A stretch of 63,012 nucleotides of DNA, the filler included, from Perkinsus chesapeaki ATCC PRA-425 (Eukaryota > Protista > Perkinsozoa): the NCBI GenBank assembly GCA_013115145.1. It is 9 parts of 9 records of this genome, joined end to end, with 100 filler letters (N's around TTAATTAATTAA, not from the genome) between each part and the next. Parts side by side here need not be neighbours in the genome. Positions count along the whole stretch, not along the records: positions 18,394 to 39,127 come from JAAPAO010000611.1; positions 39,228 to 41,643 come from JAAPAO010001611.1; positions 41,744 to 43,327 come from JAAPAO010001882.1; positions 43,428 to 51,861 come from JAAPAO010000973.1; 5 more parts are not named here. One strand, written 5' to 3'. The translations under genes and the position numbers were made by a program. The notes below the pieces were generated by a model. The model searched no databases. It was not told the origin of the DNA and saw nothing but the letters and a program-made list of their open reading frames with translations. Below are positions 33,040 through 43,765 of this stretch, piece by piece. Numbering within the stretch: position 1 is the stretch's first letter; each line of letters begins with the position of its first letter.

Positions 33040-36000
33040 GGTATTATTAGTTATTAAGGATGTTGTCCATTGCACCTAAAGATGCGCAGAAGAGTGGTAG
33101 AGGTGCCCTAAGCATTGAGATTATATTACATAAAGCAACAACAAGTAGAGGAAGGAGCGCCTGGAGGTCACTTACGCCCCTGAAGAATGCCCAAGCCTGT
33201 TGTTAGGGTTAATGAAGCGATATCGGTCGGTGAAATAGCAATGCAGCAAAGATCAGATGGCCGCCAGGCAGCACCAATGCAGGTTAGAGTCGAGACTAAT
33301 ATTGTTGATCTGCGAATTGCCAGACACCATCATCGGCTTCACCGGGAGTAGATAATTTTATACCAAATCCTGAACAGCCATCCAGTGTAGGTCACATGTA
33401 GGGGATGAATGCCACGGGTGTTCATTTTCTTTAACGGTATTGTTACAATAATCCCTGAAGACATGAGTCGATCAATTACCTTTGCATCATTCAGGTTCAT
33501 ACAGTAACAACTTCTCCAAGCCGTCATGCTGGTGGCGATGAGGAACATGTATCCACTTCTTCGACTACTATTCACTCTATGCGCAACAGACTGTTCAGCG
33601 CTCGTCATAGAGGTATCGAATCAGTTGATGATATCGCCGGTCTATGAAATAGACAATATACGAGATTCATGGGGTCTCTATTAGCCATCCAGGAAGAAAG
33701 TTGTTAGCACTTCACCTTAGCGGCATTCTTCAGCTCAAGCAAGCAGCAGCAGTGGAGTGCAAGCGGTTGACGAGCTCTACAGGAAGGAAGACAATCCTAC
33801 CCAGGCGGCACCTTGCCATGCTGGAGCTCGACAGACGACTAAATCGACGGCGTTCACGCCGGATAGCGCAGGGCGAATAGAGATGAAGAACCTACAGCTC
33901 GAGAATGAACTGCTGAAAGCCAGAGTAAGGGGGGAGTTAAATGATGATGATATTGTTGATGGGAATTTCAGGTAAGAGCGTTAGATATGGACGAGGGGAT
34001 TATGAAACGATCGTCTCGTAGAGGCGGTGATGAGAATAGATCATACTTACCTGGTGAGCTTTAAATTAAAGCCTATAGACATCTGGTTGATTGGTTTATT
34101 ACACACCGACATACTCCACTCAAACTGATATGTTTTGGTGGTGCTGCTTAGACTACTAGAACAAATCCTTAACTAATTACACTGTCCGATAGAGAAAGTT
34201 ACGGGGACTCGGAATTAAAATGGGCACCACCACCATCACCATTTTAATGGTGTTACCATTAAAAACCCTGCACCATAAAAGCTATGGCATAAATCATACA
34301 AGGCGGTGCTTCATGAAAAAAGGCATTACTCTTTCAAGAAGCACCGTAACCCTACAAGGGTCGTCGGATGGCAACTCCACACGGAGTGTTGGCCTTCGCT
34401 TATTCAAATGAATAATTCAATACAATCCACATGCTCTCAGCCGAGCATGCGCTGCTCGAGGAGCTGAGGGATGTTAAGAAGCATCTAGCAGAGAGTGAAC
34501 AGAGGAATGAAGGTGAAGGCAAAGTACCCTGTGGAGTGCTAACAACGAAAATTCATTCAGAGAACACACTAGAGAAAGGGAAGATAGAAAAGGAGTTGGA
34601 GGCAGTACGGTCTCGGTACTACACAGCCTCCCATGTGTGATCAGCTCAACTACATAATAGATACGATAATTTGCTTGCAGAAAATAATACCCTTCATCTG
34701 GGCGAAGATAAGTTTAAGCTAATGGAGGTCGAGATTAGCGCCTTGAGTGACGAGGTTTGAATTCGTTACGATCGCTATACTTAACAAACGTCCAAAGGTT
34801 GATCGTCTCACAAAAGAGCTGAAGCGCGAAAGGCACTCTCGGAATGAGTCTACCGACGAGGAAGTCAGAGCGTTGAAGTGTCATGTGAGCTGGGTTAGCA
34901 TATATCGATGCATGGCCGATGCATAGATTTCGCGGCTGGAGCATGATAGACGGGCAGAGTTGGCTGCTGCTTCCGTTGAAGCGCGAGTTGAAACTGCCAA
35001 GATTGAAAGCCTCACACAGTTATTGCGCGAAGAGCGGCAGAAGAATTCAGAGTTAGCTAAACAGTTGGACGACGCCGCAAGAGCAGAGATTGAACTGTGA
35101 GATGCAACTCTGGTCGGGCTGAAACTCGATAAACAGGATGAAGGCCAATAGCCTGCAAGAGAGAAGTGTTCGAGATGAGACGGCGACAAAAAGGGCAGAA
35201 GCTCAATTAACGAAGTGTAAAGAGCAGCTGATCGAGGCACGAATGAAGGCAATCTTCCTACTTGAACCACTCAACCTCTGAGGCTGGCATGATTATCAGA
35301 TCCACCGCAAGAATGGGGAGCTCGACAAGGCCCTCGAGGAGTTACGGGTGAACGAAGAAAAACTCGAACGTGCGAACGAAAGGATTAGGGAAGCCAATAA
35401 AGAACTGAAATCGTAACGAACTAACTTGTGGGGGGTGCAAAACAGGGGGTGCCGTCAGGACTCATGGGAAGATTGACGAGCTGAAGCAATGCGTGAGAGG
35501 CATGCAACGTCAGTTGTCCAATGTTGGCTTCTAGAAGCTGTAGCGTTGAATACGATCCTGAACAGGTGGACCGAGTTTCGACGGATCTGACATCTGTAAC
35601 GGCAGAACGTGATCGGCTTGTGAAGAAGTTAAATGACAAGGATGCCAGATTATCCACAGCGATTGAAGAAATAGAGCTTTTGAAGGAAGCGTTCGAGCAG
35701 GAATCATCTCAAAGGCAGCTGGCGGACCTTCAGTGCCAGAATATTCAAGAAGAGCTAGACAGGGTTAAACGGGAGTTGGAAAAGTCAAGGCGAATTAACG
35801 ACGATATTCTGCTAGATAAGGAGACAGGGGGAAAGAAAGTGAAAAGCTGATCAGCTGACAAAGGGATCCACCCGGGTTTATAAATCAGGTACAGGAGCAA
35901 CAGAGAATGGTTCAAGAATCCAAGATCCCTAGCCTTAGCAAGCAGCATGATCATGTAGGTGATTAGTCATCACGGGCTGCACTATTATTCTCAGAGTCGC

Positions 36001-36750
36001 CAGTTGGTGACTATGTCCCTAGATGATTACAATGCAGAGGCTGTCAGAGTTGAGGAAATAATAGCGGAGCTAACGAAGGAGCGACAAAAGTTTCAAGTTC
36101 TTTCGCAGGAGGTTGGCGAATGAGTAACGATCCAGATAGTAAAGATTTATATGAAGGTCACTAAGCTAAGGAATGAAAATGATGAACTTCGAGCGCGTAG
36201 TCGACGGATCGATGACATTAGTTGGGATGAGTCGATCCAAGAGCAGGTAGGTGAATTAAACTGCGGATGTATCGTTTTGGTTGATACCCTTTCCCATTAT
36301 CATTTGTTGCTGTTTAGATGTTCACAAGGTCGAATGGGGAACCTGGTCGTATCACCTCAGTGAGTGTTTGAACAGATGGCGATTGCAGATTACTTGCTCC
36401 AGACTTTGGCAACGCCCGCAGCATTGCATGCTAGTGAACCCTCCAAGATCAGCAGATCGCGTAGGTATTCCTAACTACTACTCGACGAGTAGACTCGTCG
36501 TTCGGTTGATCAAGCCCGTGCACCTGATAAGTAGGTTCGAGGGGTCTTCTCACGGCTCGACCACTCCTTCCACCGAATCTCGGCAGCCCGAATCCTTCGC
36601 CTTCACTCGCATCCGAATGTTTGACCTCTTTTTCACAAAAGCTATTCTAGCAAGCTCAACACCTGCAACTGTTGTACAATGTATTGCATACTACAAGTAT
36701 GTCGTTGACGACCTTTGTAGCCTCCAGCCCCTTTCAGTCTCATTGCTATG
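33040..36750 (+). CDS. Hypothetical coiled-coil protein (multi-exon)
   Basis: Successive E/K/R/L-rich heptad exons (EMKNLQLENELLKAR, LLEELRDVKKHLAESE, TAERDRLVKKLNDKDARLSTAIEEIELLKE, VTKLRNENDELRAR) with GT-AG flanks; ends approximate. Confidence 0.6.
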
Positions 36751-36905
36751 ATGTCCTAGATACCATACTGTTGAGTTTGTCTCAAAGTGATTGACTAACA
36801 AAGCTATATTTCTCTAATTCTCTGCTGAGAAAACTGCAGCCGCTGCAGTGCTGCAGCGTGGTAGAATTAGAAGCAGCCAATTGGAGTCACGAAATCCGTG
36901 ACACG

Positions 36906-37243
36906 GATTGCAGCGGCTTGACTCAAGACGGTTGATTGCCTCGTCAGCCATATGTCGATAATCGATTGCAGCGGCTTGACTCAAGACGGTTGATTGCCTC
37001 GTCAGTCATATGTCGATAATCGATTGCAGCGGCTTGACTCAAGACGGTTGATTGCCTCGTCAGCCATATGTCGATAATCGATTGCAGCGGCTTGAAANNN
37101 NNNNNNNNNNNNNNNNNNNNNNNNNNNNNNNNNNNNNNNNNNNNNNNNNNNNNNNNNNNNNNNNNNNNNNNNNNNNNNNNNNNNNNNNNNNNNGACTCAA
37201 GACGGTTGATTGCCTCGTCAGTCATATGTCGATAATCGATTGC
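36906..37243. repeat. 58-bp tandem array spanning a 96-N gap
   Basis: Unit GATTGCAGCGGCTTGACTCAAGACGGTTGATTGCCTCGTCAG(C/T)CATATGTCGATAATC starting at 36906, 36964, 37022, 37080 and continuing after the gap. Confidence 0.95.
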
Positions 37244-37833
37244 TAATGGGATTTGTCCGCGGACGCTTTGATTTTTGGCACCACCGTGAGGCACACCCTC
37301 ATCCTGTGTGCCCAGCCCTGAAGAATTCGCGCGCCAAGATATGCTATTAAATTATGTTAAGAAACAAACTGTTACACGCGCCTCTTAGGTATGGGGTGGC
37401 GGTGACGTGGACACGTCAGCAATATTGGAGGAGCGATCACCATGCTGGATCTTATATATGATGATATCTCAGAGAATGACATATGTCATATCGGATGTGT
37501 TTTCTCAACTGAAGAGTAGAACAAAGAACAATGATATACGTAATAAACGCTGGCAACTTATACGTATAACGGTTGGTGCGGTAGTAGCAGGAGTAACTAT
37601 ACGGAAGATGATGAAAAAGCCTTTTAGAAATCCGCAGTCATCATCATCATCATCATCATCATCATTGATACTACCCGGACCAAGTGTAAGCAACAGTGTT
37701 ATTGTTGTAGGGTACTTGGGTAACATGATGATGAATGATGATGATAATTGAGGTTGATCATATTCCGATGATTGCTATCGGTGAGGTGGGGCTACTGGCC
37801 GTCACGAGCTTCTGATGATGTTACTCTATCGCT

Positions 37834-38121
37834 ATGCTGAAAAACGATTCCCTTCTTCGTGAGGAAGAGTGTGATTCCTTTGCTCAGAGTCTTTCGAATG
37901 CTCTCTATTCTTTAATGGGCGATAGACCCTGGAGCACCAGTCACTGCATGCGACACAGCGGTGCAGTGCTGCTTTTCCGTAAAGGAATAACCACCCTTGG
38001 AAGGTGGTCTGGGACGGAAACTCTCACAGTCCATTACTTGCGGCACTCGTCTGATGAGATGTCCCGAATCGCGAAGGAGGTGGCCAGGTTGAGCTTGGCA
38101 GGCACTGATCATCGAGCGTAA
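37834..38121 (+). mobile_element. Tyrosine recombinase C-terminal fragment, DIRS/Ngaro-type
   Basis: TSHCMRHSGA (HxxR) ... LGRWSG..TLTVHYLR (catalytic Tyr); N-terminal part absent. Confidence 0.7.
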
Positions 38122-39227
38122 GTTCGGGATATGGGGTCGGGTCGGCATTTATTCACCTACGGCTCTGAACGCTCCCTCTCTCCGCTCGGTATGTGGGGTC
38201 GTATACTCGGCGTTCACAGCAGTAGGCTACGGCCTGTCTGTTTAATGGTGCGAACGGTGACAGCAGTATTCATTCACCCGCACTGTTGCTCGCTTCAGCT
38301 TCTGACCTCTAATGCCCACCCTACCCCCTCCCCGCAGTCAGAGGTTTCATGGAGGAGATAGAAAAAGTGGTACACCAGGTGTGCTACACCCGTTGTCGCA
38401 ACGTTTTTGTTGGTGCCGTTCAGGTGCTAACACTACGAACCTGGTCATCTCAGTGAGTGCTTTAACCGATGTTGATGGCAGGTTACTTGTTCCAGACTTT
38501 AGTAACGCCAGCAGCATCACTCAGCATTCATTATGAATGATTCAAAGTACACCCTCTGGGCGCGAATGATTCGCGGCGAATCATGTAAGTATTACTAAGT
38601 ACACAGATTGTTCGGTCGATTAAATCTGTGTACCTAAAAAGTAGGTTCGGGTCTCGAACTTCGAGAGGTCTTTTCAGTGAAAAGACCTCTGAAAAGTTCT
38701 CAGTGAAAATTTTTCGCGGTTCGGTCACTTCTACCGGATCTCGGTATCCGGATCCTTTTACCCGTATCTGGTCCCCTGGCAACTTCCTCACAGAAGCTAC
38801 TTCAACATCTTGTCATTTCAATGGCGAAATTTGGTACAGTTTTCAACTGGGATGTGTCATGCCGCTCGATTTTAGCGTTCAACGCTAAAATGGTTTGTCC
38901 GATGGGAAAAAAGGAAAAACTTCCCTCGGGAAGTTTCCCAATTTCCCGCGAGGGAAAAAAAGTCATTTTTTCCCGAGGAAATAGTCATTTTTTGCCATTT
39001 TCGGCGTATATTTGGTTCAAAAGTCCTCGTTGTTCTATTGCCATGAATAGCTTAAGTTTTTATATATATGCAGTGAATGATTCAGTTGTAAAAGTGACCA
39101 GAATCAGTTAATTCGAGTTTTTCCTTCNNNNNNNNNNNNNNNNNNNNNNNNNNNNNNNNNNNNNNNNNNNNTTAATTAATTAANNNNNNNNNNNNNNNNN
39201 NNNNNNNNNNNNNNNNNNNNNNNNNNN

Positions 39228-39297
39228 ACAAGGTGTGGGGTTCGAGCCGGAGCCTTTGGTGTGAAAGTCCGACGCGCGACCACTACACAGTTTTGCC
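39228..39297 (-). pseudogene. Degenerate tRNA-derived sequence (CT-TTC-AC loop, Glu/Val-like)
   Basis: Minus strand GTGTAGTGGTC..TCGGA-CTTTCAC-ACCAA-AGGCTCCGGCTCGAACCCC: A-box, anticodon-like loop and B-box-like order retained, stems poorly paired. Confidence 0.45.
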
Positions 39298-39449
39298 GTC
39301 GTGCGAGCTAACCCGGAAAGACGGACACCCTGTTCAGAGTACCCTGACTTAAGGCTAAATTCGCAATTACTTATATTTGAGTATCGAAGGTAACTATATA
39401 TCATCACTGAATCCATCATCATCTTAGATACTTAACCTATACTATAACA

Positions 39450-40455
39450 GGAGCATTAAACAGCACCCGCAACTTCAAGTACAGCCCGGTCTTTGCCCTT
39501 GCCGATAAGCCAATATCCGAACAGTACTGGTGGGCCACCAGTGGTGGCGACAATTATATGCACTAAGAGACGCAGTTAGGCTATATGGATACCCCAAGGT
39601 AGATATTGCTTATAATTTATTTAACCAAAGTACAGGTATTCATAACGCTAACAGTCAACGAAAGACAGTTTCCGTGGCCATCGTGGATGAAAGCTGAATG
39701 GACAGACTTAGGGACTGACTGCTTCAACGAGCCCATTACAGCGACAGCGCATGCAATAAATACTTTAATAAGCATCATCGACAATTACTTTGCCAGCGGC
39801 AACGAGGGCATGCTATTCACAGACAGCCACGGAGACTCTCATAAATGATTATTTCTGGAAGATTGAATTCCAAGGACGAGGATCACCAAACCTCCACGCT
39901 ATATTCTCCCTCAAGCCGAACACTTCCTATCATGGTACCGACATAATCACCTAGAAGATTCCCTGGGACAACACTCGCTTGGGCCAGCTGATATCTACTA
40001 TTCAAATCACTCGGCAACAATATGTCAAAGAGGTCAGACCTTATGTTCCTGACATTGCAGAGATTATGCAGTCACGGCAGGATATCCAAGTATCAGCTGG
40101 ATCTGACATTCTCCTCAAATACGTCACACTCTATGTTGCAAAGGGCTGCGACAGCAGAGACTTATCAAAAGCGGCATCTACTAATAATCCAATCGCTGCA
40201 ACACTAAAGTTTATTCAAGGACTGAAGGTAACATTTCCAGAGATGGCTTGCACCATTATGGAACAACGTCAATATCGATTATCACGACAGACCGTCTACA
40301 TTAAGTATAAGAAGCCAAAAAGCCGACTATCCGACGAGTTCTACCGAATATATTGTGAGAGGGAAGACATCGACGAAGAGTCAACTTTCTTAGAGTACTG
40401 GAGGATTCACTCCATAGTTAATCATAAAGCGAAGCCGCTACCTAGGTTCAGGTAA
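39450..40455 (+). mobile_element. Helitron-like Rep (HUH/Y2) pseudogene with a 37-nt intron
   Basis: GHQWWRQLYALRDAVRLYGYPK|VFITLT (intron 39599-39635), YFWKIEFQGRGSPNLHAIF, QDIQV..KYVTLYVAK; contains stops and frameshifts. Confidence 0.75.
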
Positions 40456-40968
40456 GTGAACATAAAATTGAACATAATGTCTTTGAGCAGATACATCTCA
40501 TTCGCTTCTCCAAGACTTACTAATCCCTTACGGTTTGCCCTTATTTCCAAACAGGAAATAAGCACTCACGCCTTTTCCCTGGTTGACACTTTAATTTACC
40601 ATGACGTCCGAAACTGCCGAAAATACTGTATGAAAATACAGTTTACCACAAATAACTGCAAATGCGCAAAATCAAATAGCTTCTTCTATAATGAGCCTAA
40701 CGACTTCAATCCAAGCAAACTTATGTTCCTAATACCTCGTCAACAATGTCCGATGCACTATTAGTCAACAGTATAAAAGCGCATTTGCAACATTTTTTAA
40801 AAATATTACAAATGCGCAAGGACCTCAAAGGGAATTTTGCCTTTAAGAGTGCTTCATTTCACTTAGCCAAAAGAATTCTTTCCTTTCCGGATCTTTCTGA
40901 ACAAAAATTTTCTCATTACTTGAAAATATCGGGTTTCCGTCGAATAGTCCGTAAACCCCTTACAAGAA

Positions 40969-41503
40969 TACGGACGTTGTTCTCTACGGACGCTAGTTTG
41001 TTGTTACAGACGTTAAACTTTACGGACGTGTTCGTTTGCGGACGTTGTCTTTTACGGACGGTGTCTTTTACGGACGTTGCTTTTTACGGACTTAGCCTTT
41101 TACGGACTTTGTTGTTTACGGACGTTGCCTCTTACGGACGTTGCTTTTTACGGACGTTGCCTTGTACGGACGTTGTCTTTTACGGACGGTGTTTTTTACG
41201 GACTTTGTTTTTTACGGGCTTATCCTTTTACGGACTTTGTTGTTTACGGACGTTGCTTTTTACGGACTTAGCCTTTTACGGACTTTATCGTTTACGGACG
41301 TTGCCTCTTACGGACGTTGCTTTTTACGGACGTTGCCTTGTACGGACGTTGCCTTTTACGGACGTAATTTTTACGGACGTTGCACTTTTTGGACTTTTAG
41401 TTTACGAGCGTTATTTATTACGGACGCGTTTCCTGATGTCCGAGTTCACGGACGTGTTGCGAGTTATGGACGAGTTATGTTTCGGATGTTTATGGACGTG
41501 TTG
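40969..41503. repeat. ~16-bp tandem array built on TTTACGGACGTTG, about 30 copies
   Basis: TACGGAC core recurs every 15-17 bp; a ~100-bp block at 41070 reappears at 41246. Confidence 0.92.
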
Positions 41504-41908
41504 CCATAGATGATGTCATGCATTAAATTATGCTGTCCCGATCGTCATTTTGAGAAATTTTACGTTTTTGATGTTTTAGTGACCGCGGGATTTTCCGCAA
41601 AGTACTATCATGATGTGTGAGTTGTGTGAACGGGCCATTTTAGNNNNNNNNNNNNNNNNNNNNNNNNNNNNNNNNNNNNNNNNNNNNTTAATTAATTAAN
41701 NNNNNNNNNNNNNNNNNNNNNNNNNNNNNNNNNNNNNNNNNNNACAGGAATCACCGGCTCTCTCAAAGCTTGCATGTGAATATTCCCAGTAAACAGCAAC
41801 TCGGCTGCGAGGCACGCGATGTGAGCCTCATGCGACGAGACATGCGACCCGTGGAGGAATCCTCCACTGTGAAAAAAAGATCGAGGAAATGCTACGGTAG
41901 CTTCTCAA

Positions 41909-41981
41909 GCCTCGGTAGCTCAGTCGGTAGAGCGCGTGCGGTTTAAGCCCATGGCCGCGGGTTCGAGCCCCGCCCGAGGCG
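41909..41981 (+). tRNA. tRNA-Lys(TTT)-like gene with aberrant anticodon arm (pseudo- or non-decoding tRNA)
   Basis: 73 nt; acceptor GCCTCGG/CCGAGGC 7/7, D stem 4/4, T stem 5/5, discriminator G. Anticodon stem CGTGC/GCCCA only 3/5 and loop GG-TTT-AA lacks U33. Confidence 0.7.
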
Positions 41982-42469
41982 AGTTACATTGTATGTATGT
42001 CGATAGTCATGTGCGGGGAGTAATGCCTAAGGGCAGCCGCAGTTTATAAACTGGTCGGCTCCTCGAGGTAGGTGTAGCTATACCTGCAAATGGAACCGCA
42101 TTTTTCGATTCCCATACCGCAGTAACCCTGCTTCGCTCTTCCATGGGGTATCAGCGGCTTTCTGCCGAAAGCCAAATATTTAAGGAGAGCCTTCCACGGT
42201 GCTGAGAGATACAATGCTCGAGGAAATTCGCCGGTTAAGTTCCCTCTATTTCCTGACTCCTTACTCCCGGAAGGGTACGTGCCGTTCCCCGAAATTTGAG
42301 CCTTAAACGCGCGGCCACGAAAGATCAGCCCAGCAGAGGGCGCCGATAATGACCTGGTGAACAGACGCTTCACTACTAAATACGGTTGGAAGATAAAAAT
42401 TAGCGGGACAGCTGTTGATTAGATTGCAGCTCACTGAAAAGGTCATTCAGTAAGCTTTCAGGGTGCGCG

Positions 42470-43327
42470 TTGTACGACCTCAAGCCCCAAAAAACGGCTG
42501 AGTCTGCGGAACATCCAGATCTTGCGGAACTTTCAAATCTTGGACGCTTTCAGTGGCGACGAGGCGCCTTCTTTGAATGTCGCCGAGTGGGTGTAAAAGT
42601 TGGAGGAGATGTTCCGGTTGCTGACATCAAGCCGGAGCATCACTTGACTTACCTCAAAATCAACCTCAAGGGTGCCGCTTGTTCTATGGTGAACAATGTG
42701 CGCTTGAAAGATCCGATCGAGGTCTTCACGAAAGCCCGCAGCCCTCTACTTGACCGCTCCGGTGAAGATTGCGTGTCCGTTTACGGCAAACTCCAAAAGC
42801 GCCGACCCGAACACGGTGAAACTGTTGGGGATTATTTGGCCGATATTCAGCGCCTTAGGAAGGCAGCTTTGCCTCGCCCCGTAGCCCCTGAAGTCACTGA
42901 TATGCTCACATGTGTCCAAATGTGGCACAGATTGCCTGATGTTCTGGGTCTCACCGCTATACGTGCTACTTGGTTGGATGAGCTGGATAGCAAAAACCCG
43001 GCTGAATCAGCTCTTTCCTTGCGCCGTGGAGTCTTAATTTGTCGCACGGAGTCTCAGTTTGTTGCTGTGGCTGACAGGGATCCTTTACAAGCATCTAGTG
43101 GCCGTAATTTCGACGGCCGCGGTAAAAGCTCTGGTAAAGGTAGGCCTAGCAAGTGTCGTAAAGAGGGGCATAACTACGGACCGGCCACTGGGCCGAACCG
43201 TGATATTAGGAAAGTTCGCCGTTGTTTTACCTGCGGAAGAACTGGTCATTACAAAGCAGAGTGTCCAAGTCTCCACAAAGTAGGTTCCGGGACAGTACCT
43301 GTGTTGGAGTTTGACACAGTTCCATTC
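42470..43327 (+). mobile_element. LTR-retrotransposon gag with CCHC zinc knuckle (runs into gap)
   Basis: Major-homology-like LQKRRPEHGETVGDYLADIQRL and zinc knuckle CFTCGRTGHYKAEC. Confidence 0.8.
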
Positions 43328-43427
43328 NNNNNNNNNNNNNNNNNNNNNNNNNNNNNNNNNNNNNNNNNNNNTTAATTAATTAANNNNNNNNNNNNNNNNN
43401 NNNNNNNNNNNNNNNNNNNNNNNNNNN

Positions 43428-43499
<72 letters not shown>

Positions 43500-43765
43500 C
43501 ACGATGCTCGCCCCCGGCCTGCCCCCCCGCTGGCGGGGTCCGGGTATGTGCGTGTACGTAGTGCGGCGAGGCTCGCAGTGAGTGGTCTCTGACATGGAGA
43601 AAATAATGGCATGGTGACAATAGGCGAGTTGTATGGTACCGAGTCCTGCAGTGCAGGACCTGCACCTCTGAGGCACTTGTATTTTATTTACTAACTCAAT
43701 GATGCGCGAGCATGAGCAAAGGGGCTCGCTAGGCAAGCGGCGAATACAATGGTTAATCCCGATAC

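Noticed and set aside
36906-37243. Possible CRISPR array
   Set aside because: Units are contiguous near-identical repeats with no unique spacers, no cas genes are present, and the context is eukaryotic. The same applies to the 84-bp and 16-bp arrays.
40746-41513. Long ORFs (255, 122 and 64 aa) with repeated FTDVAFYGRC
   Set aside because: By-products of the TACGGAC array being stop-poor in several frames; the period is not a multiple of 3.
43428-43497. 70-nt poly-C tract and poly-Gly ORFs
   Set aside because: Abuts a gap at a GC-rich transposon end; length is probably a sequencing artefact.
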